Positions 10,604 through 21,523 are shown, counted from the first letter of the stretch. The stretch is 64,000 nucleotides of DNA from an uncultured Chryseobacterium sp. (GCA_964457245.1 CAYWET010000009.1:25284-89283), one strand, 5' to 3'. The notes: generated by a model from the sequence alone, not told the origin. Translations and numbers: made by a program.

Positions 10604-11050
10604 ATGGAACTCAGCGTTTTCTCAGACGAACATTTTATGAAAGAAGCACTGAAGGAAGCCAATAAGGCTTTCGATAAGGATGAAGTGCCTGTTGGGGTAG
10701 TAGTGGTTTCAAAGCAACGCGTTATTGCAAGAGCGCATAACCTTACCGAGATGCTTAATGATGTAACTGCTCACGCGGAAATGCAAGCAATTACTTCTGC
10801 GGCAGATTTCATTGGTGGCAAATACCTGAAAGGCTGTACTGTTTACGTCACGCTCGAACCGTGCGTAATGTGCGCTGGTGCGCTTTTCTGGAGCCAGGTG
10901 GATAAAGTGGTTTTTGGTGCCTCTGATGAAAAACGCGGTTTCTCCAAAGTCGGCAATCTCCTTCATCCAAAGACAAAAGTGAAAGGTGGCGTTATGGCCG
11001 ATGATTGTGCCGACCTGCTGAAAGTCTTCTTTCAGAAGAAGCGGAAATAA
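10604..11050 (+). CDS. tadA: tRNA-specific adenosine deaminase
   Basis: 148 aa; HAEMQAI and PCVMCAGAL zinc-binding deaminase motifs. Confidence 0.9.
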   Translation: MELSVFSDEHFMKEALKEANKAFDKDEVPVGVVVVSKQRVIARAHNLTEMLNDVTAHAEMQAITSAADFIGGKYLKGCTVYVTLEPCVMCAGALFWSQVDKVVFGASDEKRGFSKVGNLLHPKTKVKGGVMADDCADLLKVFFQKKRK

Positions 11051-11082
11051 AAAAGCCGCTCAGTTTCCCGAACGGCTTTCTA

Positions 11083-11120
11083 GGAAACCTGCTAGGTTTT
11101 CAAAACCTAGCAGGTTTAGT
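11083..11120. terminator. bidirectional intrinsic terminator between tadA and M16 peptidase
   Basis: Perfect 15-bp palindrome aaacctgctaggttt-tca-aaacctagcaggttt followed by T-run. Confidence 0.6.
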
Positions 11121-11121
11121 T

Positions 11122-14013
11122 TTAATCGTTAGCTACATCCATATTCAGGTTCACTACCTCAATTTCGTAAGGCAGTTTGCTCAAGCCTTCGTAGACAGTG
11201 GCTTTATCGCCAACAACTACTATTGCCATGTTTTCCGTGTCGATGTGTTTGGCCGCCAATGCATTCACTTCTTCAACCGTCAGGTTTTTCAGAATCTCGT
11301 TCTGTTTGTCAGTGAAGTCTTTATCGAGGTTAAATCGAAGAATCTTGTTCAAGAATCCGGTTTTCTGGTAACCAGCTTCGTATTTCAAAGCATCTTTTTG
11401 ACCAACGGCACTCTGGGTAAACTCAAGCTCTTCAGCAGTAATTCCATTTTCGCTGTAGTCTTTCATAATGTTGATGAACTCAACAACAGAGCTGTCAGTT
11501 GCTTCTTTCTTCACACCTGCTTGCGCGGTGAACGGACCTTCGTTCTCGCTACCATTGAAGTAAGAGAATGCTCCATATGTCCAACCGTGCTTCTCGCGAA
11601 GACTTTGGTTGATACGGCTGTTGAAGTTTCCGCCAAGTGGGAAGTTCATCAACTTCGATTTGTAGTAATCACCAGTTGCATCGTAAGGCATTGATAGATA
11701 TCCCATTCTCACCTCACTCTGCGCAGCGCCTGGTTTGTCTACCAAGAAAATCTTGGTTGATCCAGCCTCTGGCGTTGCTGGCTCTTCTGGGAAAGAAATG
11801 TCCTTTTTCTCCCAAGCTTTAAGGAACTCCAACTTCGGAAGGATTTCATCCTTTTCAACATCTCCCACAATTACCAAGTTGGTAATGTTCGGTGCGAAGC
11901 TATTGTCGTAATAATTCTGAACGTCTGTTAGCGTTACACCTTCAAGTGTTTCTGCAGTTCCAATACTTGGAATTGCTAAAATGTGACCTTCTCCATAAAG
12001 CACTTTATCGAATTGGTTGTTGGCCAGAACAGTTGGCTCATTCACTTGATTTGCGATGGATTCCATCTGCTGGTTTTTCAGACGGTTGAAATCGTCTTCC
12101 GTAAAGCGCGGTTTCATGAGCACTTCTTCCAACAGCGCAAGCGTTGCATCAATGTTTTTGGTCAATGAGCTCACATTTACAACCACTTCATCGTCAGTTG
12201 AATACACATCAATTGAACTGCCTAATTTTTCCAACTCACCTGATAGCTCCTCCGTAGAGTAGCTTTGAGTTGTTTCTCCAAGCATAGAACCGAAAAGATT
12301 CGACAGGCCTGCTTTCTCGATATTCTCGTAACGATGACCTGCTTTAACGCCCAATCGGATGTAAACCTTCGGAATTTCATCATTCTTAGCTCCGATCACT
12401 TTCATGCCATTGGCAAACGATTCTTTCCAATAATCTGGAACATTGATAACTGGGCTTGGGCCAGAAGCTGGCTTTTGGCTTCGGTCAAATCCATCTTCTT
12501 CCGCAGTTGGTTTTGTGTAGGTCAGGCCTTCGTACTGCGCCATGTTTGCCTCCAAAGTGGTGTCACGTTCGTAAACGAATGTGTCATCTTTCGCCTTCAG
12601 TTGACCTTGACCTTTAGGAACCACGCTTAGAATAATAGCTGGTTTGTCTTTGATGTACGTTTTGAAAACGCGCATAACGTCTTCGGCAGTTACGTCCATG
12701 TATCGCTTCAGGTCTTTAGCAACATAGTTCGGGTTGTTGTGAACGTACTGGTATTGAGCTAGTTGACGTGCCTTGCCAGAAACAGTCTCCAGACCGCTTA
12801 TGGTTTGACTTTCGAAAGAAGATTTGAATCGTTTCAGGTCATCTTCATTTACGCCTCGCTCTTCAAACTCAACCAAGGTTTCGCGGATTTTTTCTTCCAT
12901 TTCAGCCAATGTTTTGCCAGGGAAAGGAAGAACGGTAAGTTGAAACTGACCAGCCAACTCTTGGCAAGGATGGAACACGGAAGCTTGTATTGCTGTCTGG
13001 TTTTTCTCGAAATTCTTGTAGAAAAGTGAGTTTTTGCTTCCACCCAAAATGTCAGACAGAACGTCTAGCGGAGCTTCATCTGGATGAAAATTCGGAACTG
13101 TTGGATACGCGAATTGAATCAGTGGGAAACGAATGTTGTCTTCGTAAGAAATGTAGCGGTCTTCGGCAAGTTTTACCGGCTCAACCGATTGATTTTCAAC
13201 CTCAGCACCGCGCGGAATGGTGCCAAAATATTTCTTCGCAAGCTCCAATACTTCGGTTGGATCAACATCTCCAGCAACCGTCAAAGCCGCATTGTTTGGA
13301 CCATACCAACGAAGGAAAAAGCGCTTCAGGTCATCAACATCGGCAGCATCAAGATCTTCCAAATAACCGATTGTTGGCCAGTGATATGGGTGGTCTTGCG
13401 GATAAAGCGCCTGCATTACCTTCTCGCCAACCAAACCGTAAGGGCGGTTATCGTAGCTCTGCCCACGCTCGTTCTTAACTGTAGCACGTTGCACTTCAAA
13501 TTTCTCTTGCGTTACTGCATCAAGCAAGAAACCCATTCTGTCTGCTTCTAACCACAAAGCACGCTCCAGCTGATTACTTGGCAGTGTTTCGAAGTAGTTT
13601 GTTCTGTCTTTGTTGGTAGTTCCATTCAATGTTCCACCAGACTCCGATACCGTTTTGAAGTGTTCTTCATCGGCCACGTTGTCCGATCCTTGGAACATCA
13701 TGTGCTCAAAGAAGTGCGCAAAACCAGAACGAAGCGGTTCTTCACGAGCTGAACCAACGTGGTAAGTCACGTCTACATGTACAATTGGGTCAGAATGATC
13801 TTCGTGAATGATGATCTGTAGACCATTCTCCAACTCGTATTTCTCGTATGGAATGGAAAGTCCGGTTGCCGGCTTCTCAACTTTCTCAACAAGTTTGATT
13901 CCTTCTGGAAGCTTTGTGTCCTTGGTTCCTTGGTTACAGGCTGCGAGGAAGGAAATGGTCGCAACCGCTAATAGTAATCGCTTCATATGATTTTTGGTTT
14001 TGAGAGACGCCAA
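11122..14013 (-). CDS. secreted M16-family (pitrilysin/insulinase-like) zinc peptidase, double-domain
   Basis: 963 aa, signal peptide, inverted zinc motif HFFEHMMFQG (HxxEH), two M16 active/inactive halves. Confidence 0.9.
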   Translation of the reverse strand: MASLKTKNHMKRLLLAVATISFLAACNQGTKDTKLPEGIKLVEKVEKPATGLSIPYEKYELENGLQIIIHEDHSDPIVHVDVTYHVGSAREEPLRSGFAHFFEHMMFQGSDNVADEEHFKTVSESGGTLNGTTNKDRTNYFETLPSNQLERALWLEADRMGFLLDAVTQEKFEVQRATVKNERGQSYDNRPYGLVGEKVMQALYPQDHPYHWPTIGYLEDLDAADVDDLKRFFLRWYGPNNAALTVAGDVDPTEVLELAKKYFGTIPRGAEVENQSVEPVKLAEDRYISYEDNIRFPLIQFAYPTVPNFHPDEAPLDVLSDILGGSKNSLFYKNFEKNQTAIQASVFHPCQELAGQFQLTVLPFPGKTLAEMEEKIRETLVEFEERGVNEDDLKRFKSSFESQTISGLETVSGKARQLAQYQYVHNNPNYVAKDLKRYMDVTAEDVMRVFKTYIKDKPAIILSVVPKGQGQLKAKDDTFVYERDTTLEANMAQYEGLTYTKPTAEEDGFDRSQKPASGPSPVINVPDYWKESFANGMKVIGAKNDEIPKVYIRLGVKAGHRYENIEKAGLSNLFGSMLGETTQSYSTEELSGELEKLGSSIDVYSTDDEVVVNVSSLTKNIDATLALLEEVLMKPRFTEDDFNRLKNQQMESIANQVNEPTVLANNQFDKVLYGEGHILAIPSIGTAETLEGVTLTDVQNYYDNSFAPNITNLVIVGDVEKDEILPKLEFLKAWEKKDISFPEEPATPEAGSTKIFLVDKPGAAQSEVRMGYLSMPYDATGDYYKSKLMNFPLGGNFNSRINQSLREKHGWTYGAFSYFNGSENEGPFTAQAGVKKEATDSSVVEFINIMKDYSENGITAEELEFTQSAVGQKDALKYEAGYQKTGFLNKILRFNLDKDFTDKQNEILKNLTVEEVNALAAKHIDTENMAIVVVGDKATVYEGLSKLPYEIEVVNLNMDVAND

Positions 14014-14113
14014 ATATAGAAAACCACTTAGCCTCCAATTCTAAAGGTGTTGTAATAACTGTTAAAACAGTGGGTTTGCATGATTTCCGTTTCTTCACGG
14101 TCAAATCACGTTT

Positions 14114-15760
14114 ATGAGAAAACTACTAACGTTTAAATGGACCCTCGTTGTTCTGGGTTTGGCTTTCATATCAAATCAGAGTTGGGCTCAGAGAAAAACA
14201 GGTCGGTCAGAGAATATTGATGTTTACATGGGAATGGCCATAAAGAAGACGGCCGGAAAGTCTGTCGACCAATTCCTGATATCAAATGATAATGGATTCA
14301 TTACCCACAGTTTTTTCAATCAGCAGGATATCTATACGGTTTATGATACCACACTGCAACCGGTGTCAAGCAATGGAATAGACCGACTTCAGAGTGATGC
14401 TGCGTTTGTTAGAAAAGGGTTTATCCGACTGAAAGAGAAAGCGGTTCTGTTGACGGGTCAAACGCTTCATTTTGATGAGGCCAATGTTGTTTATCTGTCG
14501 GAATTCGACCAAGAAAAGCTAGACACAAAAGACCCAAATGAGGTTACGCGGGTGCAGGGAAATGGCTTTCATCCCAATTTCAATGATGGGCATTTGAGTT
14601 ATGCGGTATCTCCTGATAAGAGAAAGTTCGTGGTCTATTTTATCAAGGCAAGAAGAGCAGATAAGAAAGACGATCCCACGCCACATTTTCAATTCTTAGC
14701 GTTTAATGATGACCTAAAATTACTTTGGAAGCAAGATGTTGTTTTCGATTCTGACAACACGTATTACTTGGGCGGCAGCGATTGGCAAGAAACGGCAGCA
14801 GAAAATGCTGTTGGAATCGATAACGCTGGTAATGTTTACTGCTGGGGAAGAACGGATAAAGGAGATGGATTCGACAACGATGCCAGATACAATGTAAAGT
14901 TGTCTAAGATCAATGCCAATGGGCATGAAATGGTGTCGGTTGCTGGAGATCAAGAGCACAAGATCCGTAACTGGACTTTGGAAGGAATGGAGACGGGAAT
15001 GATCATGGCTGCCAACTACATGGATTGGGAGAACACCTCTAAAAGTTGGGTCGAAAAATCAGACGGACTTGCGTTCTTATCGTGGTCTGGAGCGGTAAAG
15101 CAACGCCCTGTGTTCAAGTACGTTGAGTTCAGCGATGAGTACATGAGCATGAATCAATCGAAAGGAACCAAGAAGCGCGTTCAAAAGGATTCAAAAAGTC
15201 AACCAGCGGGTGCTTTTGAGGAAAGTTTTGTGGTTAAAGGGTTTGAGAAACTGGATGACGACAATTACCTGATTTTGGCAGAAACCCACCACGATTCCAC
15301 TAGATACAATGCGCATTTGGAGGTAGACATTACCACCTACATGCGGGGAGATGCCCAGTTCTTTTCGGTGAATGCCAGAACGGGTGAACTGAACTGGGAC
15401 TTACGTATTCCTAAACTTCAAGAGAATAAAACCAACCAAGGAATGGGGTATCTGTGTAGGGTTGTGGGCGATAAGATGTACGTCCTTTTCAACGACCATT
15501 TTAACAACATTGAGAAAGAATGGACGCCAGAATCTGGTGTAAGTAAATTCACCAAAATGGATAACCCTGTGGTAATGCTTGCCATTGACATGAACGATCC
15601 AACCGAACCAGTTAAGCGGGAAAAGCTTTGGAAATCTGAAAAAGTGAAAACGTACTTCGAACCAACCAACTTCTTTTCCGGTCCGAACCCTAACGAAGGC
15701 GTTCTTTATCTGGACGATAAAGGTGGGAAAGACATCTTTGTAAAGATGATTTTCAAGTAG
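14114..15760 (+). CDS. hypothetical secreted protein
   Basis: 548 aa with signal peptide (LGLAFISNQSWAQ); no recognisable motif. Confidence 0.6.
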   Translation: MRKLLTFKWTLVVLGLAFISNQSWAQRKTGRSENIDVYMGMAIKKTAGKSVDQFLISNDNGFITHSFFNQQDIYTVYDTTLQPVSSNGIDRLQSDAAFVRKGFIRLKEKAVLLTGQTLHFDEANVVYLSEFDQEKLDTKDPNEVTRVQGNGFHPNFNDGHLSYAVSPDKRKFVVYFIKARRADKKDDPTPHFQFLAFNDDLKLLWKQDVVFDSDNTYYLGGSDWQETAAENAVGIDNAGNVYCWGRTDKGDGFDNDARYNVKLSKINANGHEMVSVAGDQEHKIRNWTLEGMETGMIMAANYMDWENTSKSWVEKSDGLAFLSWSGAVKQRPVFKYVEFSDEYMSMNQSKGTKKRVQKDSKSQPAGAFEESFVVKGFEKLDDDNYLILAETHHDSTRYNAHLEVDITTYMRGDAQFFSVNARTGELNWDLRIPKLQENKTNQGMGYLCRVVGDKMYVLFNDHFNNIEKEWTPESGVSKFTKMDNPVVMLAIDMNDPTEPVKREKLWKSEKVKTYFEPTNFFSGPNPNEGVLYLDDKGGKDIFVKMIFK

Positions 15761-15770
15761 AATATTTTAT

Positions 15771-15810
15771 ACTCAAAAGGGCAGACCATTTGGTCTGCCC
15801 TTTCAAAAGA
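15771..15810. terminator. bidirectional intrinsic terminator between convergent hypothetical genes
   Basis: aaagggcagacca-ttt-ggtctgcccttt perfect hairpin flanked by A/T runs. Confidence 0.6.
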
Positions 15811-15829
15811 TTATTGATTTAAAAGTGGT

Positions 15830-16495
15830 TTACTTCTTAAATGCTTTTTTGAGCACTTTCGCATACAGGCTTTTGGCCATTTTCTCGAAAGACTCACCCA
15901 GACGCTTTTCGAAAGTGGCACCTTCAATTGCCGCAACTACTGCCATTCCAGGAATGCTCTTTGCCGCACTGGCTCCTTTGATTTGATCCATTGTAAGAGA
16001 AGAAGTAACGTTGTCCGAACCCGTTTCAACCACTTCGATGATTCCGCTTAACCATGCGTCAGACGCTGAAACACCAATGCTGTACCCTGGATCCATATAG
16101 GTTACCTTGACACGAATAGTGTACTTGGCGTTGTCCAGCCCTCGCTTAACAAGAGCACCTTCCCACATTTCGGCCATTTTTGTTTCAAAGCTTGACTCAA
16201 AGTTGCCAGGCTTAGCTGCCTCCCAACGCTTTTTCCAGTCATCTCCCGTTCCAGCTTCTTTTTCGTTTTTCTTGTCAACGATCTGCTGAAGCCAATCTTG
16301 TTCTGGTTGAGCTTTCCATTTGGCAAACGGAGCACCACCACGTGCCTGAGCTTCAGAATAATCCCAAACGACATTTACTTCTGTTTGTCCTTTCAACTCT
16401 TTGAAATCTCCCTTGGTGATCTTTGTTTTCTGCGCAAAAGCGACAGATGTAGCACCAACAAGAAGTGCCGTTGCAATTAATTTAATTGTTTTCAT
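15830..16495 (-). CDS. hypothetical secreted protein
   Basis: 221 aa, signal peptide (GATSVAFAQ); convergent with previous gene and shares a terminator hairpin. Confidence 0.6.
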   Translation of the reverse strand: MKTIKLIATALLVGATSVAFAQKTKITKGDFKELKGQTEVNVVWDYSEAQARGGAPFAKWKAQPEQDWLQQIVDKKNEKEAGTGDDWKKRWEAAKPGNFESSFETKMAEMWEGALVKRGLDNAKYTIRVKVTYMDPGYSIGVSASDAWLSGIIEVVETGSDNVTSSLTMDQIKGASAAKSIPGMAVVAAIEGATFEKRLGESFEKMAKSLYAKVLKKAFKK

Positions 16496-16603
16496 GATTA
16501 TTGAATTTGGTTAATGTAAGGTGATACAAAAGTGTTGCCGAAATTTGACGTGGTTCTAAGTAGAACTTCGTAATCTTGACATTGGTCAACATCAAAATGC
16601 CGA

Positions 16604-17629
16604 ATGAACCAGAATCTGGATCCAACTTCTGAAGGACAACTTCCAATAGACAGAGAAACCGAACGTGCACTACGCCCTGTCGGTTTTGATGAATTCAGTG
16701 GGCAAGACAAAGTGGTGGAAAACCTGAAGGTGTTTGTTCAGGCTGCGCAACAGCGGGATGAGGCGTTGGACCATGTTCTGCTTCACGGTCCTCCTGGATT
16801 GGGCAAAACCACCTTGGCGAACATTATTGCCAACGACCTAGGCGTGAGCCTTAAACTCACATCAGGTCCTGTTTTGGATAAGCCAGGAGACCTTGCTGGT
16901 TTGCTTACCAACCTTGAACCGAACGATGTTCTTTTCATCGATGAGATACATCGGCTTTCCCCTGTGGTTGAAGAGTATCTCTACTCGGCAATGGAAGATT
17001 ATCGGATTGATATAATGATCGAGACGGGGCCGAATGCGAGGTCGGTTCAGATCAATCTCAATCCGTTCACATTGGTTGGGGCCACAACCCGTTCAGGTTT
17101 GCTGACCGCGCCACTTCGTGCGCGTTTTGGAATTACTTCTCGCTTGCAGTATTACGATGCAAAGGTCCTATCTGGAATTGTGAAACGTTCTGCAAGTATT
17201 CTTGAAGTTCCGATTGAAGAAAGTGCTGCTGTTGAAATTGCCCGAAGAAGCCGTGGTACGCCACGTATCACCAATGCTTTGCTCAGAAGGGTTAGAGATT
17301 TTGCGCAGATAAAAGGCGATGGGACAATCAACAAGGAGATTACTCAATTTGCGTTGGATGCTTTGAACGTTGACAAACATGGACTGGACGAAATGGACAA
17401 CCGAATCCTTCGAACTATAATCGAGAAATTCAAGGGAGGGCCAGTCGGTTTGACAACCGTTGCAACAGCAGTTGGTGAAGAAGCGGGAACCATTGAGGAA
17501 GTTTACGAGCCATTCCTCATTATGGAAGGATACATCTCAAGAACACCTCGAGGACGGCAAGCCACGGAACGAGCCTACGAGCATTTGGGAAAAATCAGTC
17601 CGGGCCGAGAAGGTACACTCTTCGAATAG
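16604..17629 (+). CDS. ruvB: Holliday junction branch migration ATPase RuvB
   Basis: 341 aa; AAA+ Walker [12 protein letters not shown], Walker [10 protein letters not shown], sensor motifs. Confidence 0.95.
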   Translation: MNQNLDPTSEGQLPIDRETERALRPVGFDEFSGQDKVVENLKVFVQAAQQRDEALDHVLLHGPPGLGKTTLANIIANDLGVSLKLTSGPVLDKPGDLAGLLTNLEPNDVLFIDEIHRLSPVVEEYLYSAMEDYRIDIMIETGPNARSVQINLNPFTLVGATTRSGLLTAPLRARFGITSRLQYYDAKVLSGIVKRSASILEVPIEESAAVEIARRSRGTPRITNALLRRVRDFAQIKGDGTINKEITQFALDALNVDKHGLDEMDNRILRTIIEKFKGGPVGLTTVATAVGEEAGTIEEVYEPFLIMEGYISRTPRGRQATERAYEHLGKISPGREGTLFE

Positions 17630-17636
17630 GGGTTTC

Positions 17637-17657
17637 GCGCGAAGACGCAAAGACGCC
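17637..17657. repeat. left arm of inverted repeat bounding the GxxExxY cassette (partner 18113-18133)
   Basis: gcgcgaagacgcaaagacgcc vs downstream ggcgtctttgcgtctttgcg-type complement (17/18 core match aagacgcaaagacgc). Confidence 0.6.
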
Positions 17658-17675
17658 AAGAGTTAAGTTTATGAA

Positions 17676-18053
17676 ATGAATGAGAACGATATAGCAAAGA
17701 TTGTGGTCGACACCTCACTTATGGTTCATCGTGAATCGGGTCCTGGACTTTTGGAAAGTGTTTACGAAGAAATCTTGGCTTACGAACTTGAAAACCGTGG
17801 TTTAACCGTTGAGCGGCAACGCGGCATTGAGGTTGAATGGGATGGACGAAATCTTGGAAAAGCATTTGTGGCAGACCTCGTCATTAACTCGTTGGTAATT
17901 ATCGAATTGAAGTCGGTGAAGAAGTTAGAGCCAGTTCATTTCAAACAACTATTGACCTATTTGAGATTAGCCGATATGAAGTTGGGTTTGCTGATCAACT
18001 TCAACGAAACACTCATCAAGGATGGAATCAAACGCGTTGTAAATGGTCTTTGA
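17676..18053 (+). CDS. GxxExxY family protein (23S rRNA intervening-sequence-type protein)
   Basis: 125 aa; G-L-L-E-S-V-Y-E-E motif (GxxExxY) near N-terminus, size and composition typical of the family; flanked by inverted repeats (see repeat feature). Confidence 0.8.
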   Translation: MNENDIAKIVVDTSLMVHRESGPGLLESVYEEILAYELENRGLTVERQRGIEVEWDGRNLGKAFVADLVINSLVIIELKSVKKLEPVHFKQLLTYLRLADMKLGLLINFNETLIKDGIKRVVNGL

Positions 18054-18112
18054 ATCTCTTTTCAAGTCTCTGTGCCCTAGCCAGATTTTCTTCAAAGCAT
18101 CCGTCAATTCCT

Positions 18113-18133
18113 TTGCGTCTTTGCGTCTTTGCG
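18113..18133. repeat. right arm of inverted repeat bounding the GxxExxY cassette
   Basis: ttgcgtctttgcgtctttgcg is the reverse complement of the upstream arm; contains direct tctttgcg x2. Confidence 0.6.
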
Positions 18134-19052
18134 AGAAATGAAAAACGAAGCCCTCATAAAACAAGAAGCCAAGCGATTGGGGTTTCTACAATGCGGTATC
18201 TCCAAAGCTGATTTTCTTGCGGAGGAAGCCCCGCGCCTCGAACGTTGGCTCAACGCCAATATGCATGGCGAAATGGGCTATATGGCCAACCATTTTGATA
18301 AACGATTGGACCCACGGAAGTTGGTTAATGGTGCCAAATCGGTTATCACGGTTCTGCTGAATTACTACCCTTCAGAAACGCAAAAAGACCCAGAAGCCCC
18401 AAAGATTTCCAAGTATGCTTACGGCAACGATTACCATCATGTGATCAAAGGAAAGCTGCGTGAGCTGGTCAATTACATCAACGAGGAAATCGGTGAAGTA
18501 GGAGGCAGGGCGTTTGTAGATAGCGCGCCTGTTATGGACAAAGCTTGGGCAGCCAAAGCAGGTCTGGGTTGGATAGGAAAGAACACCAATCTCATCAACT
18601 CAAAAACGGGTTCGTTCTTCTTTATTGGAGAATTGATTCTCGATATTGAATTGGAACCCGATGGCCCAACTACTGACCATTGCGGCACCTGCACGGCTTG
18701 CATTGATGCTTGTCCCACAGAAGCGATTGTTGAACCGTACGTGGTAGACGGTTCTAAGTGTATTTCCTATTTCACCATTGAGTTGAAAGATGCCATTCCA
18801 ACCAATATGAAAGGCAAATTCGACAACTGGGCTTTTGGTTGCGATGTGTGTCAGGATGTTTGCCCGTGGAATCGTTTCTCAAAACCACATTCGGAACCGC
18901 AGTTCAATCCGCATCCAGAAATGCTGGAAATGACCAAACATGATTGGGAAGAACTGACTGAAGACGTCTTCAAAAAAGTGTTTCAGAAATCGGCTGTAAA
19001 ACGCACTAAGTACAGCGGGCTGAAGCGAAATATTGCTTTTTTCAATCGGTAA
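18129..19052 (+). CDS. queG: epoxyqueuosine reductase
   Basis: 307 aa; two 4Fe-4S ferredoxin motifs ([24 protein letters not shown]), HEAT-like C-terminus; real start may be ATG at 18138. Confidence 0.9.
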   Translation: MREMKNEALIKQEAKRLGFLQCGISKADFLAEEAPRLERWLNANMHGEMGYMANHFDKRLDPRKLVNGAKSVITVLLNYYPSETQKDPEAPKISKYAYGNDYHHVIKGKLRELVNYINEEIGEVGGRAFVDSAPVMDKAWAAKAGLGWIGKNTNLINSKTGSFFFIGELILDIELEPDGPTTDHCGTCTACIDACPTEAIVEPYVVDGSKCISYFTIELKDAIPTNMKGKFDNWAFGCDVCQDVCPWNRFSKPHSEPQFNPHPEMLEMTKHDWEELTEDVFKKVFQKSAVKRTKYSGLKRNIAFFNR

Positions 19053-19067
19053 TAGAATCTACAATAA

Positions 19068-20048
19068 CTACCCCAAACTACTAGGGGCCTTTCTGATTGA
19101 TTCAACATCCTTTGTAAGGTGAATCACCGCATCTCCCTGATTGATGATAGGGTTGTGGTTCACACAGATAATAAAGCCATCCCATGGAGCTTTCACCACT
19201 TTTTCAAAATCACCAAACGGGTCGGTAATAGTTCCTATTCGTTCGCCCTTTTCTACGTGAGAGCCGTTTGCTCTATCCGAACGGAACATGCCCGAATATT
19301 TTGCACGAACCCAAGATGAAGCACCCACAATGATTTGCTCATCGGTATCGGGTTTCTTATCCAATTTGTCTTTGAAATCGGTTACTCCAAGATGGTGGAG
19401 AACGCGCATGGTCCCCGTAATTCCAGAGCGAGTTACAAATCGGTCCAAATGCATGGATTTTCCACCCTCGAACATCAGCACTTTCTTGCCCATTTCAGAC
19501 GCCTCGTCTCTAAATGAATGGTCTCGGGTGTTGGCCCGCATCACAAACTTGGTTCCGAATATCAGCGCAAGCTCTTCGCATTCCTTGTCTTCAGGATTGT
19601 AGCGTACCTGAGAGAAATTGAATCGACCCGCACCACCTGTGTGAAAATCAATAATGTAATCGGTGTGCGGTACTATTTCTTTCATGATGAAATTTGCAAA
19701 ACGGGCAGCCAAAGAGCCTTTTGCACTTCCAGGAAAGGAGCGATTGAGGTCGCGGCCATCAGGAAATTTTCGCTCTTGATTCAAGAAACCAAACACGTTG
19801 ACAACAGGAATGCAAATAATCATACCGCGTTGTGGCTTGTTGTAGCCTTTCGATATCAGTTGTCTTACGATTTCAACTCCGTTCACCTCATCGCCATGTA
19901 TACCAGCAGTTATCAATACCGTTGGGCCTTCTTCCTTAGCGCGTTCAACAATAATGGGTATCGAAAGTGGTGTTCGGGTATGGAGCTTCGCGATTTCGAA
20001 GTTGACCACGGTTCTTCCCACATTGATCTGCGTGTCAAATATTTCCAT
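19068..20048 (-). CDS. succinylglutamate desuccinylase/aspartoacylase family zinc hydrolase
   Basis: 326 aa; ITAGIHGDEVNG and downstream H/E zinc-ligand pattern of AstE/AspA family. Confidence 0.8.
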   Translation of the reverse strand: MEIFDTQINVGRTVVNFEIAKLHTRTPLSIPIIVERAKEEGPTVLITAGIHGDEVNGVEIVRQLISKGYNKPQRGMIICIPVVNVFGFLNQERKFPDGRDLNRSFPGSAKGSLAARFANFIMKEIVPHTDYIIDFHTGGAGRFNFSQVRYNPEDKECEELALIFGTKFVMRANTRDHSFRDEASEMGKKVLMFEGGKSMHLDRFVTRSGITGTMRVLHHLGVTDFKDKLDKKPDTDEQIIVGASSWVRAKYSGMFRSDRANGSHVEKGERIGTITDPFGDFEKVVKAPWDGFIICVNHNPIINQGDAVIHLTKDVESIRKAPSSLG

Positions 20049-20155
20049 TTTGCCATTATTTCAAGCATCGTTTTGCGGTAGTTTTTTGATGCTCATTGGT
20101 GGCAATGAAGGTATTATTTGGCTACATCATTTTCACGCTTTGTTCGTAGAAGGTT

Positions 20156-21523
20156 TCAATTTAGCGAAGCCAACTCAGCTTCCATTTGCTGTTTGGTGGT
20201 GGCTGCCAGTTTCAGGTTGTGTTGTAGTTGTTCGGAAACAACCACGTTGCGATTATCCATGTATGCTGTTCCGTCCATAATAGAGTAGCCCACCAACCGA
20301 ACCGATTCTCCAACGGGAACATCGCGGAAAGTTACCGTGCCAGAACGGTGGTTGTAATCTCCGCCCATCACCGAATTAATGTTGTCGAAGACCATCCTTA
20401 CCGAAGGCCGATACATGGTGTCAACATGCACAATAACGTCTGTTTTGTTTTCCACGTCATAAAACTCATCGCAGTTTATCCATCCAAGCTGGTCAGATTG
20501 CAATAAGTAGGCATCCATGACTTCAGCATTAGCGGCAACTTCGTTGCTGATTTCCTGTTCTTTGGCCCATTCTGCTTCCTGTCGTTCGCGTTCTGCTTTG
20601 CGGTCTTCCCAAGCCTGCATTCTTGCTAGATATTCTTCCTTGCTCACCTTCACATCGTTGATGTAGAACTCTTCGCGAACACGCGATTCCAATTGCATAA
20701 TTCCATTTTTCGGAACCCAGTCGAAGTTGCCATTTCGGTCAACGCGACCATTGAACACTTCCATGTTATGGGTAACTTCATCGCCATGTGGAAACTCCAG
20801 ATTGAGGTGCTTGCCGCGTGCAACCTGCGCAGGTTTTCCGTTGGTATTAGCATCAATATGTACGGTTCCACCAGAGCGCAGCATCTTTCCGCCCGAAGCC
20901 GTATGAAGGTTGGCCTGAACTAGCTGACCGCCACCATAAACCTCTTTCAGTTCAACCGTCATTTCAGATGGCGTGGTGCCGTTTTGTAACGAAAGGGTAT
21001 AAGCAGGGATATTGATGACTGTTCCCTGCTCGCCCACTAAACGGTTGTCTTCCTGCGGATTGATGCTGAAAGTCTGAACAGGCAGCGGTAAAAACTCGTC
21101 AATGGAAGTGAATTCAGGGGCTATCCAAGCTGGTGCTTTTGTCAATAAGATTTCCAATTCGAAGGGCTGTCTCGAAGCTAATTCTGCCTGCAAATGAAAA
21201 CTCGGATTGTTGGCGTCTGTTACAACAAATACATCGCCTTCTGAGGCTATGGTTTTGAGAAGCTGTAGAATACTGTGCGCCCTTGCCGCTGTAATTCGGT
21301 TTTGATCAATTAGGCTATGATGACGCGCAATTGGCCCTGTAATTCCAAAGCGAATCTGATTGTCTGCTGGGAGCTTAGCGTAAATGGATTCAACCACCCG
21401 AGCAGAAGAGTATTTGAGTTCGGAACTGTTGGCCGCAAAGAACACGTTATGCCGTGGAATGGTTTGGCTGTAAGCCGAAGACAATAGCGCAATACTTAGA
21501 AAAGTGGTGAGAAGCGTTTTCAT
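20156..21523 (-). CDS. hypothetical secreted protein with C-terminal coiled-coil
   Basis: 455 aa, signal peptide (LLSSAYSQ), ERERQEAEWAKEQE charged helix near C-terminus. Confidence 0.6.
   Translation of the reverse strand: MKTLLTTFLSIALLSSAYSQTIPRHNVFFAANSSELKYSSARVVESIYAKLPADNQIRFGITGPIARHHSLIDQNRITAARAHSILQLLKTIASEGDVFVVTDANNPSFHLQAELASRQPFELEILLTKAPAWIAPEFTSIDEFLPLPVQTFSINPQEDNRLVGEQGTVINIPAYTLSLQNGTTPSEMTVELKEVYGGGQLVQANLHTASGGKMLRSGGTVHIDANTNGKPAQVARGKHLNLEFPHGDEVTHNMEVFNGRVDRNGNFDWVPKNGIMQLESRVREEFYINDVKVSKEEYLARMQAWEDRKAERERQEAEWAKEQEISNEVAANAEVMDAYLLQSDQLGWINCDEFYDVENKTDVIVHVDTMYRPSVRMVFDNINSVMGGDYNHRSGTVTFRDVPVGESVRLVGYSIMDGTAYMDNRNVVVSEQLQHNLKLAATTKQQMEAELASLN

Noticed and set aside
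12990-13551. Two overlapping ~160-aa plus-strand ORFs
   Set aside because: Antisense to the M16 peptidase gene; no motifs; spurious
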